From positions 6,391,525-6,455,524 of the forward strand of contig CM119268.1 in assembly GCA_051294375.1 (NCBI GenBank): DNA of 64,000 nucleotides, given 5' to 3'. Source of the stretch: Paraspadella gotoi. Lineage: Eukaryota; Animalia; Chaetognatha. The first letter of the stretch is position 1, and each line of letters begins with the position of its first letter. Under the pieces are notes generated by a model that searched no databases, was not told the DNA's origin, and saw only the letters and a program-made list of their open reading frames with translations. Positions 36,450 to 48,312 of the stretch are shown piece by piece. The position numbers were made by a program, and so were the translations under genes.

Positions 36450-36576
36450 GCTGGCTTCGTGTTTGTCTCTCACTCTCGTCCGCTCGCCTGCCTTCTCTCT
36501 CTCTCTCGCTCGCTCTCTCTCTCTCTCTCTCTCTTTATCTCTCTCTCTCTCTCTCTCTCTTTCATTCTCTCTCTCT

Positions 36577-36612
<36 letters not shown>

Positions 36613-36615
36613 CTC
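36322..36615. repeat. (CT)n microsatellite tract
   Basis: Directly visible. Confidence 0.95.
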
Positions 36616-37560
36616 GCGAGCAGCACAGCAAGCTGTCTGGACTCATGATGGTATTGTGTATTGGCTTACTAGTTTAGTCCTGCCAGGACTCCTGGCTAAA
36701 GGAAAAGGTGAACTCACGAAAATACCACAACAACAACAACAATGGCAACAACAACATAACAAATTTCACCGTAGACGAAATCGGATCTGCAAATTGAGGA
36801 AAACACTTTGACGTATTAAGCGGGTTGATAAAAACAAAATAAAAGAAAGCTGTTTAGCGATTTAGTTGTTTTATATAAATATTTTTGAAAGAAAAATAAT
36901 ATTTTCCTACTAATATTAATGCTGATCAAGCAGGAAAAAGCTTGAAATAGGTTACTAAACTTTGGTTTACTATACACGAAATATTCATTATTACTTTTTA
37001 TGCTTTAGCATAACATAGTCAAGAGACCAGAATTTATGCCGTAAAAACTGATAAAAACGACTAAAAAAAAGCTTCGTCTGAGCTAAATTTTCGTTAATCT
37101 GATTGTTTCTCTTTTGTTTATAAATCGTCACTGAGAATTGCTGAGGTCTTTTTATAAGTTTTCATTACAGTAAGTATTATAATATTATGTTATTAGGTGG
37201 TTTAATGAACTAATTTATTTTTTTTTAAATTGGTAGTTTTTTATTGTAAAGTTTTTACAATACTGTAGATACTAGAAATTGGTTGAATCGTACTGATGAT
37301 TAAGTAATTCGTTTACATCTTTATGGACATTGAACAACGAACATACTCGTTTAGTTTTGATGCAAAAATATTATTTGGAATCTGGACATGGTTTTCCCAA
37401 ATAGCGACCTCTGTCGCAAGAAAAGGCAATAGGAGGCGTTAAAGATCGTCTTCATTTAAAGTCTGCAATTTTTTTCTGAGCCTTAGTGGTATTTGTTTCT
37501 ATATTAGCTGAAACTTTTTCCAATCGCGGAGAAAATAATCCGGTCAATCATCCATCGACC

Positions 37561-38617
37561 ATGGACCGATTCATCTCAATTTGTTTATTGATAACCGCTT
37601 TATTTGTAAGTTTTTTGTTTTTTTTTGTATTCGTTTACATATCACACTTTCTTAGATATTTTAGCAGAAAAGCGGAATTACTTCGGAAAAATAAAATATA
37701 GATTCTATATTATATTCTATATTCTATATTCTATATTATAGAATTACTATTAGTATTGAATAGAAGTCGTACCTTCCGATAAAGTTTTAACGATGGATGA
37801 CTTGATTAAAATTAAAATAATTAAAACGGACAGAATTTTGAATTCGTTATTAAATTTTTTTTTTATTAATATTAGACTTGATAAATCACAAATTAAACAT
37901 ATATAAACCTCTATAAGATATCTACTAGATTTCTTCTAGTCTCTATCCTCTATTTCGAGAAAACAACACGAACAACTCTCTCCCTGACCCTCATAAATTC
38001 ATAAATATATAAAATGTAGCTATTACTTAACATTTACTTATTAGCATCTAATCGTTTTATATAATTAGCATTTTAATAAATTAAATGTTTTGAATATTTT
38101 TAAGTTTATTATTTAAAAACTGAATTTAAAAAAATATGGAAAGACAAAGTAATCTCGTGACTTTCAAGTTTCATATAAAGTTGGAACGCCGATGGCCTTT
38201 TTTCAGGCAAATGCGATTCTTGGTTGTCCCGGAGGAGGGGGAGGGGGGGAACACCATCGCAAGAAAAGACAAGAGAACATCTGGGCCTCTCAAGCTTTTA
38301 CCTATCTGAAACAGACAGACGTTTGCTTAAATGTTTGCAGAACAAAAAGCGAAGTGAGCGACGTAAAAAAAAAATAAAACTAATTCATTATTCAAATTCA
38401 ACATTTTTTACCGAACGATATGATGTAAACTATTTGATATTTTCATTTTTAAAGGATTGGATAATGTTAGCCGACTCTCTGGCATTTGATCCGAATGACT
38501 GTCAAAGCGTTTGTGGGTTGATAAGTAAGTCAAATCGAATTTTATTATTAAAATAAATTTTTTAACTATTGGTTAATTTATTGATTTTTTTTAGGTAAAT
38601 TGGAGCCAAAAAGTTGA
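37561..38617 (+). CDS. Uncharacterised secreted prepropeptide A (94 aa): signal peptide, CPG-Gly6, RKKR, CX3C-X20-CX3C-G
   Basis: Exons 37561-37605, 38207-38353, 38455-38524 and 38595-38617 splice in frame to MDRFISICLLITALFANAILGCPGGGGGGEHHRKKRQENIWASQAFTYLKQTDVCLNVCRTKSEDWIMLADSLAFDPNDCQSVCGLISKLEPKS*. AATAAA lies at 38720. Confidence 0.75.
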
Positions 38618-39315
38618 CAAAAATCAAAACCGTTTTTGGATGGAAGAATAACGTTTATTATGAATGTTTGTTTGTCCACAAGGAAGTTTTTCTAATAATT
38701 AAAATATTTAATTTTTGTTAATAAATATTTTTTTAAATTATAAGTTGTTTGCTTAATAGCCAAAAGATTTTAAGGAGTCAAAAGAGCAGTTCAAAAACAG
38801 ATAGGATCAATAAAAAGCTTTTCTGCAATATCGTGGGAAAGGTGAGCGTAAACTACATTTATATCTCATGTTCACTGGTTTTCCTTCGATGGATTCCTTT
38901 TACTAAGTCGTACATTTTCTTTCTCTGTTTTCTCACATTACATTGAATAGAGTTAATGAAAAATAAAAATTTATAAAATAAACAATTTGAAAAATATTTA
39001 AACGTTTAATAATAAAAATTATTGAGAAGGAATTTGACGAATTTAGATGTTTTTGAAAAAGTAATCTTAAATTTGAATTCGAGGCAAAGTAGGAATTTCG
39101 GGAATTTTAAATCTCTCATTTTTTATTTCTCTCTGTATATATCTCTGATTCTGATAAAAAAATAAAAATAAAAAAAGCAAAGTTGTCAAAAAAAGAACAG
39201 GATTTGTCAGGCAGTGACTAACGTAACACTACATCTCGAGTACTTCTAAATCATCTATTAAATTTAATCAATGCCGCCAAGTTGATTTAGCTTTAAGCGA
39301 TTTTTTTGTATTCAG

Positions 39316-39926
39316 GTATGTTTATCGAGTGAATGTCCAGGGTCATCGGGTCAAGGCGGCTATGGCCCCTACGGTCCCTATTCTCCCTACGGACCGGCGA
39401 TGTGCGGAAGAAAAAGAAGAAATGCTTTCATGGAAGATTGTCTCTCGGAATGCGAAGAGGAAAATCAGGCAAGAAACAATACTCTTCACGACTTGAGCTC
39501 AACCCTGACCACTGACCACTGACCACGATCCGAGGTCAAGCGGTCAACCGAACTCAATCTCTCTGAATCTTGTTTTATTCTTTTTTTTTTTTTTTGTTTC
39601 GGGGTTTGTTTTTTTTTTTTTGTGAGAGGCCAATTTGTTACAAGAACTTTTTGGAATTTCTAACGATTGGCCCATGCATAAATTAGTTGATGTTTAGTTA
39701 TACTTTCCGCCGTTAATTCTCCTTGTCTGTTAATCAAAGTTTCACATTTCGATTCGAGCGACATTCCATTTTATACATTTATAATACTGACGTCTCTTTT
39801 TAGATTCCTCTTCAAAACGTGACCAAAATCGAGAATTGTGGACATTTTTGCGGAACAATCTGGTTGCCCTTCGTGCGTAAACTCGAATTGCAAGAAACCA
39901 TAAACGAGGAAAAGAATTTCGGTTGA
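39316..39926 (+). CDS. Paralogous prepropeptide cassette B (no own signal exon found): CPG-Gly/Tyr/Pro-rich-C-G-RKRR, CX3C-X16-CX3C-G
   Basis: Exons 39316-39468 and 39804-39926 give VCLSSECPGSSGQGGYGPYGPYSPYGPAMCGRKRRNAFMEDCLSECEEENQ|IPLQNVTKIENCGHFCGTIWLPFVRKLELQETINEEKNFG*. The GC-donor intron is at the same position and phase as in cassette A. AATAAA lies at 40010. Confidence 0.7.
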
Positions 39927-40357
39927 CTGAGATGTATTTTCGGTGTGAATTCACTGGAATCGCAACAAATGTTACTTAATGGGTTATTAGATTAAAGGAA
40001 AACAGAAGAAATAAAGCAATGATTACTTTGTCTTTTTAAATCGAAGCTTTGGTCGGCACAGACACAATAATAGGCATAAGATTTTTACAACAATCAATTT
40101 TAGGTTATCCAAGAACGAAATATGAGTATTGATAATTATTTTTAAATCTATAAACTTTTTCTAAAATTAAATTAAAAAAAACAAACAAAAACATCAGTTG
40201 TAACTTTCCACGTTTAGTACCTCGCCTTTTAGATGACTAGAAAAAATGAACCAAAAAAAAAAAAAAAGAAAATTGTCAGAAAAAAAAAAACCCAACAAAA
40301 AAACACTATTTCGCAAATAATTATTAATTAGGACCGTACAGTCGATTATAACTATAG

Positions 40358-43300
40358 CTAAGCGACGCCATAAGTGAGGGCGTCGTCGTTCGCTTGACCG
40401 AAGTCGATCCGTTCCAGACTGTCGACGTAATCGCGCAACCAAGATCGCGTCGGATTCGAAGATTCCGTCAGCGCCGGCGCCATCTCTGAAGATCTCAAAC
40501 GCGACGGTTCCGTTTTCGAGGATTCCATCTCCGCCGATTCCATCTCCGCCGATTCCGTCTGCGGCACAAAAACTCACGCGTCACCTTTGTTGTCCATTGT
40601 CATTGTCCATTGTCATTGTTGTCCATTTCACTGTTAAAAGTGGTCAGCGAAAGACGACCGCGCGACCAGAGGGAATAGAGGGAAGGAGCTCCGTTTTATT
40701 ATTACGAGGTTCGGCAAAACAAAACAAAAAAACAATACATACGAAAAATTCAAAACTCGAAATTCAATTGCTTTTTTTGTAAAGCGAAAGATTTGTCGGG
40801 ACTCGGTAGGATCATCATCATCATCAACATGACAAAATCATCAGTATCTTGACAAGAATCATCCTAATGACAATCGTCATTTTTCATCATCACTTGATTT
40901 ATCAACCTGAAAGCTGTGAAGACGTTCAATTAGTCGCTTTTTTAGCATTTCATAATATTTTCCGTAATCAATTTCTTCGGCTGAGTAGATGTCCTCACCT
41001 AAAATACGCAATAATTAAAGTTTGTGAAAAATTTGTAAAATATTGTATATTTATAAATTTACAATAATCTCATATCAGTACCTGGCAAAACATTTCTTTT
41101 CAAGTCGAGTACTTTGGATGGGGAACAGTCAAAGCTTTTGTCGTTTGAGGTTCTAGAAAAGTCCATGGAAAGAAAATGATTAAAAGTGACAATGTCAACT
41201 TCTATTGTTCGAATTAAACAATCATTATACAATCAATAATGTTTTTTTAGTTTAGTTGATATTTTTCGTACCTCAATTCTACTGAATTTCTTTTCACAGA
41301 GGCTTCCCAGCTTCGAGATGACAGGATCGGGTTATTTGGAGATGCAAAAGATTCCTATATAAAGATAACACGAGTAACTTTGTAAAATTGTAAGGTGAAG
41401 TAAAATATTTTATCAATGCCCAATTTTGCACTTCTTCTCAGCTTTTGGAAATCACTCTTATTAAGTTATGAATTCATAAGTAAAAACCTATCCCTAAGCC
41501 TAATCGGGACTAAACGTCAAACCTTTCAGAACTCGCTCAAAAACGAAAAACTGAAACACTTCGATGCTTCTTACAATGGAACTATCGATAACTCACCTTC
41601 AAACTTTCCCCAATTTTCTCTCGTTCAGAAGCGACCCCTGGATGCGAGGGACGATAACTCGCTCGCGGTGAAGATCTTGGATCTGGGGAGACGAGATCAG
41701 AGCCTCTTAAAGACGCCGGTTCGGACGAGGCGAGGTCAGGGTAAGTACAAGACGTGCGTACACTAGACGATGAAGGGTAAGGAATGACGTGAGACGCGGA
41801 TCGAGGAGGGTAAGTGTCGGGACTAGACATAAGACGCGAGGGGCTAGGATGAGAAACGTTGCCGCTAGAGGGCTGAAAAGGGTGCGCGTCGGAGGTAACG
41901 TCACTAGACTTGGGAATAGAATGATAAGGGTCGGAATGTACGCCAGAAGGTCGCGAGCAGTTCGAAATAACGTCGCTCATCCGTCGAGAGGCGCTGGGAT
42001 CGGGAGACTCGCGACTATAAGATCTAGACGCTACTACAAACGCCGCCTCTTCGTTTCCGGTCGAGACGTCCGCGGCGTCGCCGTTTCGCGTCGTTAGATC
42101 AATGACGTCGTCCTCGACGTCGTCGGAAGTCACTGCGACGACTTCGGGAACGCCCACCGACGCCCGCGACGCCGGGGCGGTCGTGGCGGCGGCGCCGACG
42201 CCGGGAAACAAATTCCGAGTGGCAGAAAAATGTCGTTGATCTTCGTAGGGGCGAAGATGCGCGAAGGGACGATCGGCCGATTCGGCGCGATCGTAAGACG
42301 ATATGGGATGATTGGCCGGAACGCCGATATGATTGGCCGGAACGCCGAATTGACTCGTCGAAATGCCGAGTTGACTAGATACCGGAGTAGGTAAAACACC
42401 GGGCTGATTAGCGCCGGCGGGATGAGGCGAATGATGACCCCGGCGTCGATTGGCGCGCGGACATCCGGATAGACTTCGGTGGGAAGTGTAGTTGCCCGTC
42501 ACGTGACCTTCGCCGTTGCATCCGGGAGTCGGACATCTGGAGGGAAAGGCGCCGGGATGAGTGGCATCGTTTTCGACACGATTGAATCATTGATTCATCA
42601 TTTTAATATAAAATAATAATATTTAAAAAAATTATTATAACATCCGAACCTCAATTCGACGTGATTTTGTCGGACGGTGGCCCGATCGGCCCACGGGCAG
42701 CCGGACAAGCTCCGGTGCGAAGCGTAGTTGCCCGACACGTGTCCGCTGCCCGAACATCCTGAAATCAAAACGATTCAAAGATTAAATATTGTCTTGATTT
42801 TAAAAAAAAATTTTCCCAAGATTGTTTTACCCGGAGTCGGACATTGAATCAATTCCTTCTGATTGGATGTTTTCGAAGACGATTTACCGTTCCTGTCAGG
42901 TGAGGGTCATTGATATTGTAAACTATTTTTAAATGACAATGACAAACAAAAAGCGTTTGACATCCCGCGACTTACGAATCTGATAGCGAAGGAACGCTGA
43001 ATTTTTCCGTAGATTCAGATTGTCCCTCTTGAGGGCCTTTAAATGAAAATCGGCAAGATTACTTGTTTTACTATATTAGACTAAATTATACAATATAATA
43101 TATTATTAATATAATATTGATATGTTATTAACGTGTAAATATAATGGAGGCCTTAAACCACCAAAGCCTCTCCAAAAGTCAGGGGCAAGATATCTTAATT
43201 ATAAAATGAATGGATAATTTTATATTGGTTGTACCAATTTCATTATGCAATATGTCAATATTATATAATATCGTTGTTTTCTAATTAGATATTTGATGTA

Positions 43301-45280
43301 TAAATTGTATATAAATTAGATGTATATATGACGTATATATTTTATTTATCTTTATATTTTATTTATATTTATATAATTCCTATCATAACGTTTTAAAACG
43401 AAATACTCACCTTTCTTTTCGAAAGAGATCAGTGAATTATCTCCCAAAGTTGTGAGTGGTTCCTTGTCATTCGGAGCTTATGAAAAAAAAATTCAGTTTT
43501 ACATTCAAGTATCTACGTTAAACTTTTAAACTTTTATTTACCTAAATGATTTACGGTCGGTGTCGAAGCTGAAATAAAAAACAATAAAAATATTATAAAG
43601 TCTGCATAATACTACACTATTAGTCAATTATAATCAAATACAATAATTCGGTAAAGCAGCTCACCAGTGAAAGGGACGAACGGTAATTGAGAACTCATAG
43701 GGAGATAAGAAAGGGTGAGGAGGGACGACGATGAAGCCGCCGGCAACGCCGAGAGCGGGTAAGTTCGCTCCGGAGATGGAAAGTGTAAGTCTATCGCCGG
43801 AAACGAGGGTGACGGGCGAGGGGGCGTGGCCGTCGACGTCTTCGTGGTCGTCTGCATCGTCGATCCCGACGACGACGACAGCTGCGGTGACCTTACGTCG
43901 CCGCTCTGCAGCGGCGACGGCAGAGACGCTGCGACGACGGGAGACGGCGTCGAAATGAGGATCGGCAGGTGTTGTTGATGTAGCGGCGGCTGCTGTTGCT
44001 GCGATGGTTCTCGTAGCGGCATCGACGCCGCGGACGGAGAAGGCGACGGCGGTTCGACGCCGACTTTCTCGTTCTCCGATTTATCTCGGCGCCGGGCGGC
44101 GTCAATCGGCGCCTTCTCCGCCGACGATTTCACCGTGAGATCGAAGACGGCTTGAGGCGACGGCGATGGCGTCGGCGGCGGCGTGGGCGAACGCCTCCGC
44201 TCCGGCGACGTGCCTTCAAACGATCCCCCGGAAACGCGCAACGTCTGGTCAGATTGTCGGCCTGGAGAGCGTCGGGAAGCGTCAACGTCGATCGGTGGAC
44301 TCGCGTCGGATCTTCTCGGCCGACACGGCGGGTAAGGCCGCGGCCGGAACGGCTCGTGGCAGATCGAGCGGTGAGGGAAAGGACGACGCGGGGCGAAGCC
44401 GTCGCGAGACGCGTCGAAAGGGCGATAGTGTGATCGAGAGTGTGAAGTATCGTGGATCTGTGGGTAGAAGCATTCGTGGGCAACTGAGTGGGGTGAGTCG
44501 AGAGAGCGTGAGTGGAGAGTTTCGTGTGGGCGCGAGTAGAAGAGTTCTCTCGGTGCCGGTTGATGCGGAAGTGATGGAAGAAGAGGGGCCGGTTGGAGCG
44601 GCTTGTCGAGTGGAGCGAGAGAGGTCGGGTCGAGTCCTCCGTCGAGGGTTGCGTCGGGGAGAATCTCGCGCGGAGACGAGGCTTTCGCTTCGATGATTTT
44701 TTCTTTCGAGTGACGGGGATGAGATCCTTTGTAATGGAGTTTACTCAGTTTGAAAATAGAATCACGTGGTTAAATAAATACTGTTTAACATTGTCCTTAC
44801 ATTGTTACATAGTTTTCTATATTGCTCGATTATGTCCTATTTCTACGTTGTCCGACATTATGTTCATTGTCCTCTTTTGTCCTATTACATTGTCCTACAT
44901 TAACCTACCATTCGTCAAACTGAGATCCTTGGGTTCCACTTGATCGTCGACTTTCATTTCGTCGTCGTCGTCGTCTTCATCCTCTACAGTTTCCGCCGTC
45001 GTCGTCGTCGTCGTCGTCGTCGTTGTGGTCGTCGTTGTGACCATCTCTCCCCTCGTGTACGTTGAAACGGAAAAGTTGCCTGAAACAACAAATTGACTTC
45101 TTTGTCCGCAAGTGTCCATCCACTAAAATTTTTATTTTTGCTATACAATATTTCATAAGTTTCATCGTTTCTTTCTTCAGTAGTAAACGTAAAAAAATTA
45201 AAACTTCCGGGGTCCTTTAAATATTTCATAATTTTCTTTTTTCAATATCTCTGTAACAGTATAAATAAATAAATAATTAA

Positions 45281-45353
<73 letters not shown>

Positions 45354-45360
45354 AAACCAA

Positions 45361-45395
<35 letters not shown>

Positions 45396-46644
45396 ACCAA
45401 TCAATCAATCAATCAATAAATCAATTAATCAATCAATCAATAAACCAATCAATCAATCAAAAGCTTTCCCTCCACCTTCCCACCTTCGAAAAAGCCACGT
45501 GGCTCGTCGACGGACGCTTCGTCCACCCGACTCGAGAGATTGAGAACTCCGTCATCGTCGTCGTCGTCGTCTTCGTCGTCGACGCCTGAATTGGACTCGC
45601 GTTGAAGGTAGGTGGCGCCGGGCGCGGTGGCGGCGCCCTCTCGACCGGCAGTGGGGTCGGGGTGGAGTCCCAACGGACCTGCGAAAGAGTCTAGATTCTA
45701 GAAGATTGACTGGATTTAATTGATTGATTGATCGGATGAATTTGATTTTATTTTATTATATAACTACCTTTGGCTGCCAGAGGACATCCTGAAAGACTCC
45801 TGTGCGAGTTCCTGTTGCTGTTCACGTGACCTTTACCGCTGCATCCTGGAGTCGGGCATCTGACCGAAAAAGTTGCGAAAATAAAAAGGCTTTCCGCTGA
45901 TTTTATTTTCTGTTTTCTAAGCGAGTAAACACTCTGTGTCGGTTGTCCGAGTACCGACAGTTGCTCTACTCGTCTCCATTACAGAGCGAGCACCATCAAG
46001 TAGATTAGCATAACTTTTAGCTCCCAGACGTAACCGCCTTAGCTTTCAGGAATCAAGACTTGCCTTCTATCTTCGCACTTTGTAGGGGTTAGATGGATGC
46101 TTCAGATGAATATATATATTTATTGGCATCAAAATGAAGTAAATTTTATTAGTTAACGAAAGTTATTGAATCTTACTTGAAAAATTTGACCAAAAAATGA
46201 ACATAATTTTAGTCTTTAAAAATGAGAAATGTATCTAAAATACAGTACTTTTTGCAATCTTGAAGATGAAACCGGTTATATTTGATTTCGACAACAATAA
46301 CTTTTACTTTTTCTTTTAGTTTTTAAAAAGTTGTGAGCAAATAGCCGCTAACTAAATTTTGGAAAAACAAATACATATCAAAACAATTATGAGCTCAAGA
46401 TAGGAACACAATTTGTACCATAATGTTAAATTCTATAAAAAAGATTGAATAAAATGTCAAAGGCTAGCTCCAGCACATAAGCCCCGGAAGACTCACTTGA
46501 GCACTTGTTCGTAGAGCGCGACGATCTCGGGCGCCACCTTCGCTTTGCGTGGGCATCCGGAGAGACTCCGGTGGTGGGAGTAGAGGCCGGTCACGTGACC
46601 GGTCCCGTCACATCCCGGCGCCGGGCATTTCCCGCCGTCGCGAT
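40358..46644 (-). CDS. Myt1: Myt1/ST18-family C2HC zinc-finger transcription factor (5' end not resolved)
   Basis: Four C2HC fingers: [78 protein letters not shown] and [26 protein letters not shown]. About 15 exons splice in frame. The C-terminal LRDYVDSL resembles the family tail. Confidence 0.9.
45262..45461. repeat. (AAAT)n/(AATC)n compound tetranucleotide microsatellite in a Myt1 intron
   Basis: Directly visible. Confidence 0.95.
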
Positions 46645-47445
46645 CTGAGGAAAGGGGAAGGGAAACTGCGATGAAGAGCGAGGAATGGCAATATGTAGGC
46701 AAAAAATATAATCCTATTTTAAAAAGGCTATTTAAGACACAAAAAAAAAGGATATTGGTTACCATATTAATACATCCAATATAAAAGTAATCAATGTTGC
46801 TATTAATGATGTTATCAGAAAAATATTCGGATTCAATCGATGGGAAAGCATTAGAGAGCTTCGGACTTCATTTGGTTACTGTGATATTATTACCATGTTT
46901 AACCAGCGTAAAAAGAACTTTATTTTTAAGATCTATAGTTCGAAAAATTTAGTTCTCAAAAAAATAATCGCATTCTTTAATGATTGAAATATATTAATTG
47001 ATAAGTTGGACCTTTTTTGTCTGTGGTGGTGGTTTTCACGCAATCTTTAACTTTGTTTTGTCTTTAGACTTAGCTTTGTTTTGATGCTCCTGTATGTACT
47101 GAATCAACCTTGTTGAATTCGAAATAAAACGCATAATTGACTTAAGGACTAAGGAGGGCACTGCATAAGTTCACCCCGCCTATACCTTCAGTCGTGACCC
47201 GACTCCATATATCGACTCCCGATTTTGGACAGGATAACAACATAGCTGAACACTGGAATCTTTCGTCTTTTAAAATCATTTGTATATTAACTCGCTTGTA
47301 CTTGGCTTACTCCTCAATTAATAGTATAGCAAAATCTTTTTTTATGAAAATATTTCGGAATTAGGACTTGGTTTTTTCTATTTACTTTTAATTCAAGTTT
47401 TTATCTATTATTTTATTTAGTTATCAATGAAATTAATTCATTTTA

Positions 47446-47821
47446 NNNNNNNNNNNNNNNNNNNNNNNNNNNNNNNNNNNNNNNNNNNNNNNNNNNNNNN
47501 NNNNNNNNNNNNNNNNNNNNNNNNNNNNNNNNNNNNNNNNNNNNNNNNNNNNNNNNNNNNNNNNNNNNNNNNNNNNNNNNNNNNNNNNNNNNNNNNNNNN
47601 NNNNNNNNNNNNNNNNNNNNNNNNNNNNNNNNNNNNNNNNNNNNNNNNNNNNNNNNNNNNNNNNNNNNNNNNNNNNNNNNNNNNNNNNNNNNNNNNNNNN
47701 NNNNNNNNNNNNNNNNNNNNNNNNNNNNNNNNNNNNNNNNNNNNNNNNNNNNNNNNNNNNNNNNNNNNNNNNNNNNNNNNNNNNNNNNNNNNNNNNNNNN
47801 NNNNNNNNNNNNNNNNNNNNN
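47446..47821. other. Assembly gap (other gaps at 48274-48298, 57396-57405, 57499-57639, 58784-59070, 60875-60953)
   Basis: Runs of N. Confidence 1.
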
Positions 47822-48312
47822 GGAAGAGGAAGGGAAGGAAGAGGAGGAAGGGGAAGGTATGGAATGGAGGAGAAGAGAGAGGACTGGGTGGGAACAGCGA
47901 GAAAATGTGTGGAAGGTGAAATTAAAAAGAAAATAGGCAGGGGAGGGATGAAAGCAAAAGTGAGTGGATAGGTGGAAATGTATTATATAAAGAGAGGGCA
48001 AAGGGCCAAGTCCAAAGGGCCAAGGGAAAAAGGGCAAAGGGGCAAAGAGCTCAAAGAGGTGTATTGGAGTAAAGGGAAAATGAGAGGGAAAAGGATTAGG
48101 GAGAAAAATTTTTAAAAAAATGTCTAACTCTCAGCCGGACCGGACCCTGATTAAACGGGTTCATTTTAATTTTTTTACTCTGGCTTAAAAGTTTATCCTT
48201 GACTCTGACCAAATGAACAAAGGGAGTTAAACAAAAACGAATTTTTATAAAAGACAGAACTAGAAATTCTGGTNNNNNNNNNNNNNNNNNNNNNNNNNAA
48301 AGAGAGGAGATC

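Noticed and set aside
34556-36811. Long SLSLSL/ERERER ORFs, and similar ones at 339-611, 55887-57090, 58512-59561 and 60750-62969
   Set aside because: These are translations of AG/CT microsatellites or N runs, with no splice or protein-family support.
38225-38270. Hedgehog-like N-terminus (Cys-Gly/Pro then a basic cluster after the signal peptide)
   Set aside because: The resemblance to CGPGRG..KRRHPKK is only superficial; no Hedge or Hint domain follows.
39047-39222. Independent signal-peptide exons for cassette B (MFLKK|NFGNFKSLIFYFSL|ICQAVTN)
   Set aside because: Phase-compatible, but it needs a 32-nt intron, far below the roughly 65-nt minimum seen elsewhere in the window. Kept only as a less likely alternative.
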